Origin: Vicinamibacteria bacterium
GTDB taxonomy: Bacteria > Acidobacteriota > Vicinamibacteria > Vicinamibacterales > JAENWD01
Assembly: GCA_963796915.1 (NCBI GenBank)
Contig: CAWCNI010000004.1
Span: 130,758-194,757 of the forward strand
DNA: 64,000 nucleotides
Direction: 5' to 3'
How positions within the stretch are numbered: position 1 is the first letter of the stretch; each line of letters begins with the position of its first letter. Both the position numbers and the translations under genes were made by a program. Shown here piece after piece: positions 35,704 to 45,677 of the stretch. The notes under the pieces are model-generated. The model did not search any database. It was not told the origin of the DNA and saw nothing but the letters and a program-made list of their open reading frames with translations.

Positions 35704-38700
35704 TTAGAACAGGAACCTCACGCTCAACCTGCCCTGCAGCCCGGCGTTGAACAGGTCGTCCATGAGGTAGCGCGGATCGCGCGCGTTGGCGCCGTCGGGC
35801 GTGGCGTCGAGCAGCGCGTTGTAGTCGTACCCGGTCTCCAGGTTCGTGTTCGCCAGGTTGATCTCCGACGACGTCCGCCGCGGGCGGTTGACGCTGTCGA
35901 AGAAGTGGCGCGCCGTCTGCTGGTTGAACAGGTTCAGGATGTTCGCTTCGAGACGCAGGTGCCTGCTGCCCATCACCTTGAAGTCCTGCGAGATGAGCAG
36001 GTCGGTCTGCGCGAGCGTCGGCGTGCGGCCGAGGCTGCCGCGGCCGTCGACGAACAGCGGGATGTTGTTGATGCTGTAAACCGTGCGGCTGACCGGCGTC
36101 CCGCTGCCGATGTACTGGAAGGCGCCGATCTGCGTGCCAAACGGCATCAGGTACGAGCCATACAGCTTCACCACGTTGGGACGGTCGGTCGCCAGGCGGC
36201 CGAGCACGTTCAGATCCCCGTGCGAGTCGAACTCCAGCTCGTCGAGGTCCCACGCCCGGTTGGCGCTGCTGCCGGCGCGCGCGATCGTGCCCGCCTGCTG
36301 CTGCGTCGTCGCCGAGGTGCGGTTGGTTGTCGGCGTGGAGAGCTCGTCGGAGTTGGCCAGACCGGCGTAGTTGCCATAGAGGCGGCTATACACGTAGCTG
36401 GCGCTCGCGAACCAGTTGTTCGAGAAGCGCTTCTCGAGTGAGAACTCGAGCGCGTCGTAGGTCCGGTTCGGCTTCGGCGTGTCGAACACCGGCGTCAGCC
36501 CCGACGGGTTCATCGTCACCGCGATGCCCTCGCCCGGATTGACGTACTTGTATTCCTCGCTGCCGTTCACGAGGACGCCCATGTCCTCGATCGTGCGGCG
36601 CAGGCTGTTGTGTGTGTAGTTGACAGTCAACGTCATGTTGGCCTTGAGCTGGTACTCGCTCCCGATATTCAGGTTGTCCTGGCTCATCGGCTTCAGGTTC
36701 GGATCCGTCGAGTCGAAGTTCGGGATGCGCAGGTCGCGATAGCTGCCCGGGGTCGAGTCCCACAGGTTGCGGCCCGGCAGGTTGGTGCCCGAGAGCGAGA
36801 ACGCGTCGGTCGTGTCGAGCGAGCGGTACTGGACGTGCCAGATGTCGCCGCCGAACCCGCCGCGTGCCAGCTCGTACTTCGTCCAGTCGAAGTAGCGGCC
36901 CCAGCTGCCGAAGACCTTGAAGCGGCCGTCACCGCGCACGTCGTAGCTGGCGCCCAGGCGCGGCGCGAGCTTGTCGCCGAAGCCGAAGCGGATCGCGTAC
37001 GGCGCGATGTCGGTGCGGAACGACGGAATCGTCTCGCGCTCTGTCCGCAGGCCCAGGTTCATGGTCAGGCGATTGATCGACCACTGGTCCTGCACGTAGA
37101 GCGACCAGATGTCCGACGACGCCGCGCCGCGCGTGCCGAAGTCGTCCACTTCATAGTAGCCATACGGCCCGCGATCGGTGATGCCGGTCGCGTTGCTCGT
37201 GAACGCCTTGTCCCACCACACGAAAACGTAGCCGCCGCCCGGGTAGGTGTAGTCCACGTCGTTGGACGAGTGCTGATAGCCGAGGCCGGCCTTCAGGTTA
37301 TGGTTGCCGGCGGCGTTGAACACCTTGATGAAGTCGCCCTGCATGTAGCCGCGCTTCGTGTGATCGAAGTTGGCCAGCTGGATGCGCGGGCTGTTCTGGA
37401 AGCCGACGCCGCCGAGCTGATCGGGCGAAATGGGATAGCCCAGGCCGATCGGTGACGACTGATACGTCACGCTGCTGATCGTCGGCACGCCGGTGTCCTT
37501 GTAGTTGTCGTCGAACATGCCGCCGCGCACGCTGATCAGTGAAGTTGCGGTCAGCGTGTAGTCCAGCGTGCCCGAGTAGCTGGTCTGCGGGCTCTCGAAC
37601 CCGCGCGTCTTCTGGATCTGGTTCGAGGCCTTGGAGCTCGAGATGCTGTTGGCAAACGAGTCGTTGTAGGCGGGCAGCGTGCCGGTGGAGGTCGTCGGCG
37701 TCCACAGCACCGAGAAACTGGTGCGCAGGCGATTCGTCGGGTCGTAGCTGACCTTGCCGAACCCGCTGTTGATCGTCTGCTTCTGATCGATCGTGTCTGT
37801 TTCCGAGCGTGTGAACAGGTAGTCGTTGGAACGCCGGACGTAGCGCGGTGCCCACGATCCGAAGAAGTACAGCTTGTCGCGGACGATCGGCCCGCCGAGC
37901 GATCCGCCGATGTCGTGCCGGTTGTTCGGCTGTTCGCGATCCTGGATGTAGGACACCGTCTTGTCGTCGAGGGGGTCGAGCACGAGGCGCTTGACGGAGT
38001 TGGCGCTGGTGCCGGCGCCGGTGAAGTAGTAGTGGCCCTCGCCGTGATACGCGTTGCCGCCGGACTTGGTGACGGCGCTGATGACGCCGCCGAGGGCGCC
38101 GCCGTATTCCGCGCTGATGCCGCCGGTCTTGACCTGCACTTCCTGCAGGTACTCGAACACGGCGTCCTGGCGGGAGCGGCCGTCCACCAGGCTGTTGGTG
38201 GTCACGCCGTCCACGGTGAAGGAGTTCTCCGCGCCGCTGGCGCCGTTCACCTGGATGCCGCCTTCGATGTCGCCGGTGTTCACCGACGGCGAGGCAAGCG
38301 CCAGATTCTGGAACGTGCGGCCCTTCGGGATGCGCTCGAACTCTTCCGCCGTCACGTTGTGCGCGATGGTCGTGTTCTTGGTGTCGATGAGCGGCGAATC
38401 CGCGGTGACGCTGACGGCTTCCGTCACGCCGCCCACCTTCAGTGTCGAGTCGATCGACAGGGTGTTGCCGAGCAGCAGGACGACGTCGGGAACCTCGCTG
38501 GCCTGAAACCCTGACAGCTCGAACTTGACGGCATAGCGGCCAGGCTCGAGGTCGAGGACGCGGTAGACGCCGTCAGAGCCGGAGACGGCGGTGTAGACCT
38601 TCGCGGTCTGCTTGTTCGTGATGGTCACCGTCGCGCCAGGCAGCACGGCGCCGCTGGCATCTTTCACCACGCCGGTGAGGCCGCTGAAGCGTTCCTGTGC

Positions 38701-38787
38701 CATCGCTGGAACCGTGACGAGCGCAGCAAGCGCGAGCACGGCAAGCACGAACCGGCGAGGGCCGGTTCGCAGGGGGAGAGCTGTCAT
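35704..38787 (-). CDS. CarboxypepD_reg-domain TonB-dependent-receptor-like outer-membrane protein (paralog 3)
   Basis: ORF trimmed to ATG 38787 (GGAG SD). 1027 aa with signal peptide ...FVLAVLALAALVTVPAMAQE, LTGVVKDASGAVLPGATVTIT...GRYAV, NSFTVDGVTTNS, and the C-terminus RLSVRFLF. Confidence 0.85.
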   Translation of the reverse strand: MTALPLRTGPRRFVLAVLALAALVTVPAMAQERFSGLTGVVKDASGAVLPGATVTITNKQTAKVYTAVSGSDGVYRVLDLEPGRYAVKFELSGFQASEVPDVVLLLGNTLSIDSTLKVGGVTEAVSVTADSPLIDTKNTTIAHNVTAEEFERIPKGRTFQNLALASPSVNTGDIEGGIQVNGASGAENSFTVDGVTTNSLVDGRSRQDAVFEYLQEVQVKTGGISAEYGGALGGVISAVTKSGGNAYHGEGHYYFTGAGTSANSVKRLVLDPLDDKTVSYIQDREQPNNRHDIGGSLGGPIVRDKLYFFGSWAPRYVRRSNDYLFTRSETDTIDQKQTINSGFGKVSYDPTNRLRTSFSVLWTPTTSTGTLPAYNDSFANSISSSKASNQIQKTRGFESPQTSYSGTLDYTLTATSLISVRGGMFDDNYKDTGVPTISSVTYQSSPIGLGYPISPDQLGGVGFQNSPRIQLANFDHTKRGYMQGDFIKVFNAAGNHNLKAGLGYQHSSNDVDYTYPGGGYVFVWWDKAFTSNATGITDRGPYGYYEVDDFGTRGAASSDIWSLYVQDQWSINRLTMNLGLRTERETIPSFRTDIAPYAIRFGFGDKLAPRLGASYDVRGDGRFKVFGSWGRYFDWTKYELARGGFGGDIWHVQYRSLDTTDAFSLSGTNLPGRNLWDSTPGSYRDLRIPNFDSTDPNLKPMSQDNLNIGSEYQLKANMTLTVNYTHNSLRRTIEDMGVLVNGSEEYKYVNPGEGIAVTMNPSGLTPVFDTPKPNRTYDALEFSLEKRFSNNWFASASYVYSRLYGNYAGLANSDELSTPTTNRTSATTQQQAGTIARAGSSANRAWDLDELEFDSHGDLNVLGRLATDRPNVVKLYGSYLMPFGTQIGAFQYIGSGTPVSRTVYSINNIPLFVDGRGSLGRTPTLAQTDLLISQDFKVMGSRHLRLEANILNLFNQQTARHFFDSVNRPRRTSSEINLANTNLETGYDYNALLDATPDGANARDPRYLMDDLFNAGLQGRLSVRFLF

Positions 38788-39354
38788 TCGGATGCTCCTT
38801 TCGCGGTCATATGACGCAGGCCGCAGGCGCGATGCGCCGGTGCGTTTCGTCACCGGCCCCGAGCCTTCCGTCACCGCGTAGCGGTCGCACGCGGAACCAC
38901 GGCGCTGCGTCTGTCAGCGTGGGATCAGTGGCAGGTCGCGTGCCGCAAACACGCGGTTCGTCCCGGAAAGCTGTGTGGTCATCCAACTGCCGCGAAGCGA
39001 GTTCGCCATGGGGCGGATCTGCTCGGGTCGGGACGAGAGGCGGGACGAGCCGCCAAGCGCGGCCGTGCGTTTGCCGGCCAATCTCGACGCTCGACCGGAA
39101 TTCGGGATCAACCGTGCGTTGTCGTCCAAGCCGCTGGAGAGTGCCGATGATTCTTCGGCGGGGCAGGGCGCCGCAGTCCGACACCGGCGCCGTCGTTCAT
39201 CCCTCGAAGCGGTATCTCTGTCCCAGCGCGGGCGATGTGGACGCGCGCCCGACCCGCGCTGGCGTGACAGGCCACAGGGAGTGTGCGGTGCATGCGGCGC
39301 GCGCCGAAGGGAGTTCGGCCGCGTGAGCTTCGTTCGGCGGCGAGGCCGCTGTCG

Positions 39355-40557
39355 CTAGGCTGTGAGCTCGAGGGCGACGGCCATGCCCATGCCGCCGCTC
39401 ACACACAACGTCGCGAGGCCGCGCTTCAAGTTGCGCTGCCTGAGCGCGTGCAGGAGCGTCACGACGATGCGCGTGCCGCTGCAGCCGATGGGGTGCCCGA
39501 GCGCGATCGCCCCGCCGTTGACGTTCAGGCGATCGGGCGCCACTGGCAGATCGCGCAGGACCGCGAGGACCTGCGGTGCGAATGCCTCGTTCAACTCGAC
39601 GAGATCGAAATCGTCCAGCTGCATCGAGAGACGCTGGAGCAGCTTGCGTACCGCTGGCACGGGGCCGATGCCCATACGCTCCGGATCGACGCCGGCGGTC
39701 GCCCATCCCAGAACCCGGGCCATCGGCTGCAGCCCGCGCGACGACACTGCCTCGAGCCCTGCCAGGATGACGGCGGCCCCGCCGTCGGTGATACCCGACG
39801 ACGACCCGGCGGTGAGAATGCCCGGCGTGCCGTCGACTTCGAAGACCGGCGACAGGCGTCCCAGCGACGCGAGCGTCGTGTCCGGGCGCGGATGCTCGTC
39901 GGCGCTCAAGGTGACGGGACCCTTCGCGCCGGGAACGGTGATCGGCGCGATCTCATCAGCGAACCGGCCCGCGGCAATCGCCGCCGCGGCGCGCCGGTGG
40001 CTTTCGAGCGCGTAGTGGTCGGAGGCCTCGCGATCGATGCCGAGCTCACGCGACAGCCGCTCCACGGTCTCGCCCATCACCATGTCGCACAGCGGGCACA
40101 GGAACCCGTCGCGATACATCGCGTCGACGAGCGGGAAGTGGCCCATCCGATGGCCCCATCGCGCGTCGACGGCGTCGATCAGATACGGCATGCGGCTCAT
40201 GCTCTCGATGCCGCCTGCGAGCACGATGTCCGCTTCGCCGAGCACGATCGCCCGCGCGCCCGTCGCGATGGCTTCGAGGCCTGACGCGCACGCCTTGTTG
40301 ACTGTCATCGCCGGCGTGCTGTCGGGAAGCCCCGCGCGACGGCCGACCTGCCGCGCGGGGTTCGGGCCGGAGCCAGCCTGCCGGGCGTGACCGACTACCA
40401 CCTGATCGATGTCGGCGGCGTCGAGCCCCGCCCGGGTCAGCGCCGCGCGCGCCGCGACGGCGCCAAGCTCCGCCGGGTGCACGTCACGCAGCGTCCCGCC
40501 GTAGCGCCCGATCGGCGTGCGGGCAGCAGCGACGATGAAGACAGGCTCTGGCAGCAA
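39355..40557 (-). CDS. acetyl-CoA C-acetyltransferase (thiolase II)
   Basis: 400 aa with VNKACASGLEAI (active-site Cys), NVNGGAIALGHPIGCSGTRI and LCVSGGMGMA, the classical thiolase signatures. Confidence 0.92.
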   Translation of the reverse strand: MLPEPVFIVAAARTPIGRYGGTLRDVHPAELGAVAARAALTRAGLDAADIDQVVVGHARQAGSGPNPARQVGRRAGLPDSTPAMTVNKACASGLEAIATGARAIVLGEADIVLAGGIESMSRMPYLIDAVDARWGHRMGHFPLVDAMYRDGFLCPLCDMVMGETVERLSRELGIDREASDHYALESHRRAAAAIAAGRFADEIAPITVPGAKGPVTLSADEHPRPDTTLASLGRLSPVFEVDGTPGILTAGSSSGITDGGAAVILAGLEAVSSRGLQPMARVLGWATAGVDPERMGIGPVPAVRKLLQRLSMQLDDFDLVELNEAFAPQVLAVLRDLPVAPDRLNVNGGAIALGHPIGCSGTRIVVTLLHALRQRNLKRGLATLCVSGGMGMAVALELTA

Positions 40558-40563
40558 TGCGGC

Positions 40564-42927
40564 CTACTTCACCGTCAGCACTGATTTCAGCGATGTCTCA
40601 GAACTGGTGCCGACCAGGACCTCGAAGTCGCCGGGTTCCACGACGCGCTGATTCTGCTCGTTGATCAGCCACAGCGCTTCCGGCCCGATGGGCAGTTTCA
40701 CCACGGTCGACTCGCCAGGTTTCAGCGAGACGCGTGCGAAGCCCCGCAGTTGCTTCACCGGACGCGTCACTGACGCGACGACGTCGTGGATGTACATCTG
40801 CACCACTTCATCACCGGCGCGCGATCCTGTATTCGTCACCCGCACGCTCATCGTCGTCCGGCCGGACGCGCCGATGGTGGCGTCGGCGAGCTTCAGATCG
40901 GTGAGCGAGAACGTCGTGTAGCTCAAGCCGTGGCCGAACGGGAACAGCGGCGCCCGCGACTCGAACAGGTAGTCGCGGAACGACGTCGGCTTCCGGTTGT
41001 AGTAGACCGGCAGCTGGCCGACGGTGCGCGGCACCGAGATGGGCAGCTTGCCGCCAGGGTTGACGTCGCCGAAGAGTGCCTCGGCGACCGCCGTGCCGCC
41101 TTCCTGGCCCGGGTACCAGACCTCGAGGATCGCAGGAACCGACGCGACGACGTTGGCGATCGACAGCGGCCGGCCGTTCATCAACACCATGATGACGGGT
41201 TTGCCGGTCGCGACGAGCGCGTTGATCAACTCGTCCTGCTGACTGATCAGATCCAGCGTGGTCATGTCGCCGAGATGGTTGTCGGCGTACGCCTCGCGCG
41301 ACGTCGATTCGTTCGTCCCGACGACGGCGACGATCGCGTCGGCCGTACGAGCCACCTTCACAGCGTCTGCGATCCGCTGGCGGTTCTTGGCGGGATCGGC
41401 TGGGACGACAGCGTCCTTGCCCCAGTTCGCCGGCTCCTCGGTGATGCGGCAGCCCTCGGCAGAGACGATCTTCACCGCGCCGGCCTTGTCCTTGATGCCC
41501 TGGAGGATGCTGACGCCTCGTCCGGGGTCTTCGCTGTAACCGCCCAGGTGCAGGTCGGCGGCGTTGGGCCCGATCACGGCGAGCGTGTGCAGCGTGTTCC
41601 GGTCGAGCGGCAGCGCGTTCTTGTCGTTCTTGAGGAGGATGAGCGATTCACGGCCGGCGGTGAGAGCCAGCGCCTGGGCATCCGGCGTGTTCGTGACGCC
41701 ATCGGCGGCGTCGGCGTCCGTGAAGGGGTGTTCGAAGAGGCCGGCGAGGAACTTCAGGCGCAGGACGTGCGCGGCGGCGAGATCGACGAGGTGCTCGTCG
41801 ACGCGGCCCGCCTTCACTTCCTCGACCAGCGCGGGAAACGCGCGCCGATCGGGCATCTCGAGGTCGATGCCGGCTTCGATCGCCAGCCGCGCGGCGTCGG
41901 CCATCGTGGCGCCGACGTGATGTCGCTCGGTCAGCTGCTCGATGGCGTTGTAGTCCGAGACGATCATCCCCTGGAAGCCCCATTCCTTGCGCAGGATCTG
42001 ATCGAGCAGGAAATGGCTGGCAGTGGACGGCACGCCGTCGATCTCGTTGTAGGACGGCATCACCGCCGCGATGTGCCCTTCCTTCACCGCGCGCTCGAAG
42101 GGCCAGAGCATCTCCTCGCGCAGCTCTCGCTCGCCGACCTTCGTCGGGGCCGTGTTGATGCCGCCTTCATGCGGGCCGTGCGCGGCGAAATGCTTGGCCG
42201 TCGCGAAGACGTGGCCAGCCGTCAGGACCGGCATCGGTCCCTGGTAGCCGCGAATGGCGGCGAGGCCGATCTCGGAGACGAGGTGCGGGTCCTCGCCGTA
42301 GGTCTCTTCAGTGCGCCCCCAGCGCGGGTCGCGCGCGAGGTCGATGACCGGCGCCAGCACCTGTTGTGAGCCGCGCGCGCGCACTTCGCGCGCGGCGACG
42401 GTGAAGACCTTTTCGATGAGCGCCGTGTCCCAGGTGCTCGCCAGGCCAATCGGCACGGGGAAGTTGGTGCCTTTCGTCGCGGCGAGGCCGTGCACAGCCT
42501 CTTCGTGAAAGAGGACGGGAATCGGCAGCCGCGTGTGCTCGAGCACGTAGTGCTGGATCGCGTTGACGAACTCCACGGTCTCGCGCGGCGAGCGGCGCTT
42601 GCCGCCGCGATCGACGCCGTCGCTGGGACGCGTGACCTCGCCGATGCCGTGGCCCAGGATGGCCTCGGCCTTGGCAGGGTCGAAGTTCCCCGCCGCGTCG
42701 ACGAGCTGACGCTTCTGCTGCCAGACTGCCAGCGTCTGCGCGATCTTCTCGTCGAGCGTCATCCGCGACAGGAGATCGGCCACGCGGGCCTCGACCGGCT
42801 GGGACGGGTCTTTGTAGAGCGGGGTGTCCGCCTGACCGATCACCGCCGTCCCGGCGGCCGCGAGCAACAGAGCGACGAGGGGAGCAAGTCGACGCGTCAA
42901 AGTCCACACTCCTTCACTGACAGCCAT
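40564..42927 (-). CDS. glycoside hydrolase family 3 beta-glucosidase-like enzyme
   Basis: 787 aa with an N-terminal signal sequence. GH3 motifs seen: DPRWGRTEETYGEDP and GFQGMIVSDYNAI (nucleophile Asp region). It has a C-terminal FN3-like domain. Confidence 0.9.
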   Translation of the reverse strand: MAVSEGVWTLTRRLAPLVALLLAAAGTAVIGQADTPLYKDPSQPVEARVADLLSRMTLDEKIAQTLAVWQQKRQLVDAAGNFDPAKAEAILGHGIGEVTRPSDGVDRGGKRRSPRETVEFVNAIQHYVLEHTRLPIPVLFHEEAVHGLAATKGTNFPVPIGLASTWDTALIEKVFTVAAREVRARGSQQVLAPVIDLARDPRWGRTEETYGEDPHLVSEIGLAAIRGYQGPMPVLTAGHVFATAKHFAAHGPHEGGINTAPTKVGERELREEMLWPFERAVKEGHIAAVMPSYNEIDGVPSTASHFLLDQILRKEWGFQGMIVSDYNAIEQLTERHHVGATMADAARLAIEAGIDLEMPDRRAFPALVEEVKAGRVDEHLVDLAAAHVLRLKFLAGLFEHPFTDADAADGVTNTPDAQALALTAGRESLILLKNDKNALPLDRNTLHTLAVIGPNAADLHLGGYSEDPGRGVSILQGIKDKAGAVKIVSAEGCRITEEPANWGKDAVVPADPAKNRQRIADAVKVARTADAIVAVVGTNESTSREAYADNHLGDMTTLDLISQQDELINALVATGKPVIMVLMNGRPLSIANVVASVPAILEVWYPGQEGGTAVAEALFGDVNPGGKLPISVPRTVGQLPVYYNRKPTSFRDYLFESRAPLFPFGHGLSYTTFSLTDLKLADATIGASGRTTMSVRVTNTGSRAGDEVVQMYIHDVVASVTRPVKQLRGFARVSLKPGESTVVKLPIGPEALWLINEQNQRVVEPGDFEVLVGTSSETSLKSVLTVK

Positions 42928-42975
42928 CGGCTGCCAGTCAGATAGCGGCGCGAGGCCGCATCGAGGTTCACGAAA

Positions 42976-43701
42976 TCAATGCTCGAACCGCTTGAGCATC
43001 GTCTGCGCCTGGGTCTTGAAGCCGGCGTCTTCCGGCCCCCATTCCGGGTCGGGCGGGAGCGCCAGGGCCTGTTTGAGCTCGGCCACCGCCTCATCCCGGC
43101 GATCCATGGCGTCCAGGGTCTCGGCCAGGAAGACGTGCGTGACGACGCTGCGCGGATTGTAGGTGAGAGCGCGCCGCAGGTGTTCCTCGGACTTGCGATT
43201 GCTGCCGCCGAACAGGCCAGGCACCTTGAAGTACCAGCGCCCGAGCGCCCGGTCGGCTGAGCCCTGCTGGAAGGCCGGGTCGAGAGCCAGCACGCGTTCG
43301 AGCTCGTCGCGGATGGTGCCGCGGTACTTGAGGCCGCCGCGCAGGCCGTGGTCCTCGGCGTAGCCGCCCATGTTCGCCGCCAGCCAGAAGTGGCCTTCCG
43401 GGCGGTTGTCGTGCAGCGCGATGGCCGCCCGTGCCGCCTGCATCGCCTGCTCGTAGGCCTTGTCGCGCGCGTCCTGCGCCTGCTCGTGGCCGCCCAGCCA
43501 GTAGCCGGCGCGCGCGCGTTTCCACGCCGCGTCGAAGTCCGACGGGTTGCGGGCCAGCGCGGCATCCCACAGCTGGGCCGCCTGCCGCGCGTCTGCCAGC
43601 GTTTCGCGATTGGCGTAGAGCGCGTCGGGGTCTGGCGCCTGCGCCTGACACCAATCGGCGGCTGGGAGCGTCAAAAAGCCTATGCAGTACAATACGCGCA
43701 T
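42976..43701 (-). CDS. secreted TPR-like hypothetical protein
   Basis: ORF 42976..43845 trimmed to ATG 43701 ([23 protein letters not shown]). 241 aa, helical-repeat-like ([15 protein letters not shown]..., [26 protein letters not shown]). The start shares a CATG with folE. Confidence 0.6.
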   Translation of the reverse strand: MRVLYCIGFLTLPAADWCQAQAPDPDALYANRETLADARQAAQLWDAALARNPSDFDAAWKRARAGYWLGGHEQAQDARDKAYEQAMQAARAAIALHDNRPEGHFWLAANMGGYAEDHGLRGGLKYRGTIRDELERVLALDPAFQQGSADRALGRWYFKVPGLFGGSNRKSEEHLRRALTYNPRSVVTHVFLAETLDAMDRRDEAVAELKQALALPPDPEWGPEDAGFKTQAQTMLKRFEH

Positions 43702-44296
43702 GCAGGATCTGATCGCGCGCATCCTGAGCGAACTGGGCGAGGATCCCCGGCGCGAAGGCCTTCGCGACACGCCGAAGCGGGTCGAGAAGTCGCTGCGGTT
43801 CCTGACCAGCGGGTACGGGGCAGACATCGACGAGGTCATCAACAACGCGCTCTTCTCAGTTGATTACAGCGAGATGGTCATCGTCAAGGACATCGACTTC
43901 TACAGCCTCTGCGAGCACCATCTCCTGCCGTTCTTCGGCAAGTGCCACGTCGCCTACATCCCGCAGCAGAAAGTGATCGGTCTCAGCAAGATCCCGCGAC
44001 TCGTCGACGTGTTCGCGCGCCGCCTGCAGGTGCAGGAGCGGCTGACCCATCAGATCGCGCAGGTCATCGAGGAGAAGATCGCCCCGATTGGCGTCGCCGT
44101 GGTGATGGAGGGCACGCACCTGTGCATGTCGATGCGCGGCGTCGAGAAGCAGAACTCGTTTGCCGTGACCAGCGCCATGCTGGGCGCGTTCCGCGAAAAC
44201 GCGCGCACGCGCTCCGAGTTTCTCGAGCTGATCAAGCGTCCCTCGCTGCCAACGCCGCTCGAGGCGATGGCCGGCGCCACGTGCGTCACCGACTAG
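43700..44296 (+). CDS. folE: GTP cyclohydrolase I
   Basis: 198 aa from ATG 43700 (an alternative ATG is at 43682). Motifs seen: [39 protein letters not shown]. Confidence 0.92.
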   Translation: MQDLIARILSELGEDPRREGLRDTPKRVEKSLRFLTSGYGADIDEVINNALFSVDYSEMVIVKDIDFYSLCEHHLLPFFGKCHVAYIPQQKVIGLSKIPRLVDVFARRLQVQERLTHQIAQVIEEKIAPIGVAVVMEGTHLCMSMRGVEKQNSFAVTSAMLGAFRENARTRSEFLELIKRPSLPTPLEAMAGATCVTD

Positions 44297-44459
44297 CGCA
44301 TCCGCGGATGTGTAGCGGGCGGCGAGCGGCGGGCGGCAGGCAGTAAGTCTCCTTGCGGCGACAACGGGTGCCCAACCGCCGGCCCTGCCAGCTTCGGCCC
44401 TCCTGCGGCCAGCTGCCGGCGGCCAGCTGCCCGCTACGCAACCCGAGAGCCTCCCGGCA

Positions 44460-45671
44460 ATGTTGCCCGGCCTGATCCTGGTCGGCACCTACGTGGTGCT
44501 GGCGCTTGGCCGCGTCCCGGGCTTCCGCATCGATCGCACCGGCGCCGCTGTCATCGGCGCCATCCTCATGGTCACCGTCGGCGGCCTGTCGTTCGACGAG
44601 GCGACCAGCGCCGTCGACTACCGCACGCTCGTCCTGCTGTTCGGGATGATGGTGCTCGTGGCGCACCTGCAGATCGCCGGGTTCTTCGGCCTCGTCGCCC
44701 GCGTCGCCGCGTCGCGCTTCGCGCATCCAGTAGCGCTCGTGGCGGCCGTGGCCGTCGCGGCCGGCGCGCTGTCGGCGTTGTTCGTCAACGATCCGGTCTG
44801 CCTGGTGCTCACGCCCGTCGTCATCGACATCGCCAGGCTCCGCGGCCTGCCGCCGCTGCCGCTGCTGCTCGCGCTGGCGACCGGGTCGAATATCGGCAGC
44901 GTCTCGACGGTCATCGGCAACCCGCAGAACATGTTGATCGGGAGCCTCTCGGGCATCCCGTTCACGCGATTCAGCGCCGTGCTCGGGCCTGTGGCCGTCG
45001 TCGGTCTGGCGATCGACGTGCTGGTGATCGCGCTCGTCTTCCGGCGCGCGCTGGCGGTCCCGTCTCCGGTGACGGCGATGGCCGGCATCCGGCCGTTGCG
45101 GCGCGCGCAGCGCGCGCTGCTGATCAAGGCGCTGGTGGTCGCGGGCGCCATGCTGGCCGGCTTCATCGCCGGGCTCGACGTCGCGCTGGTGGCCGGAGCC
45201 GGAGGCGCGGCGTTGCTCGTGACGCGCCGGGTGAAGCCGGAAAAGATCTGGCGTCGCATCGACTGGGACCTGTTCGTCCTGTTTGCCGGCCTGTTCGTCA
45301 TCGTTCGCGGCGCCGCGCATGCCGGCCTCGACCGCCGCTTTTTCGATGCGCTGCGCCCGGTGGGTCTCGAGACCGTGTGGGGGCTGTCGCTGGTGTCGGC
45401 CCTGCTGTCGAACCTGATAAGCAACGTCCCGTCGGTGATGCTGTTCTCCCGGTTCGTGCCGACGCTCCCGGACCCGCAGACCGGATGGCTGACGCTGGCG
45501 ATGTCGAGCACGCTGGCCGGCAACCTCACGCTGCTGGCGTCGATCGCGAATCTGATCGTCGCCGAAGGCGCGCGCAAGCGTCAGGTGCAGATCTCCTTCA
45601 CCGATTACCTCAAGGTCGGCCTGCCGGTGACAATCGCCACGCTGGCCTTTGGCATCTGGTGGGTATACTGA
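44460..45671 (+). CDS. ArsB/NhaD-superfamily anion permease
   Basis: 403-aa polytopic protein. Segments such as ATGSNIGSVSTVIGNPQN and LAGNLTLLASIANLIV resemble the ArsB/NhaD (citrate-transporter-like) family. Confidence 0.75.
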   Translation: MLPGLILVGTYVVLALGRVPGFRIDRTGAAVIGAILMVTVGGLSFDEATSAVDYRTLVLLFGMMVLVAHLQIAGFFGLVARVAASRFAHPVALVAAVAVAAGALSALFVNDPVCLVLTPVVIDIARLRGLPPLPLLLALATGSNIGSVSTVIGNPQNMLIGSLSGIPFTRFSAVLGPVAVVGLAIDVLVIALVFRRALAVPSPVTAMAGIRPLRRAQRALLIKALVVAGAMLAGFIAGLDVALVAGAGGAALLVTRRVKPEKIWRRIDWDLFVLFAGLFVIVRGAAHAGLDRRFFDALRPVGLETVWGLSLVSALLSNLISNVPSVMLFSRFVPTLPDPQTGWLTLAMSSTLAGNLTLLASIANLIVAEGARKRQVQISFTDYLKVGLPVTIATLAFGIWWVY

Positions 45672-45677
45672 CGCGCG

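Noticed and set aside
38788-39354. Small ORFs in the long leaders (38811..39326, 38807..39184, 38975..39358, 35177..35470, 35406..35609, 31801..32256)
   Set aside because: They overlap one another in several frames and have no SD, no codon-position G/C bias that I could see, and no motif. I treated these regions as non-coding leader DNA.
40786-42369. 527-aa plus-strand ORF opposite the GH3 gene
   Set aside because: Antisense artefact. The GH3 frame carries the diagnostic motifs.
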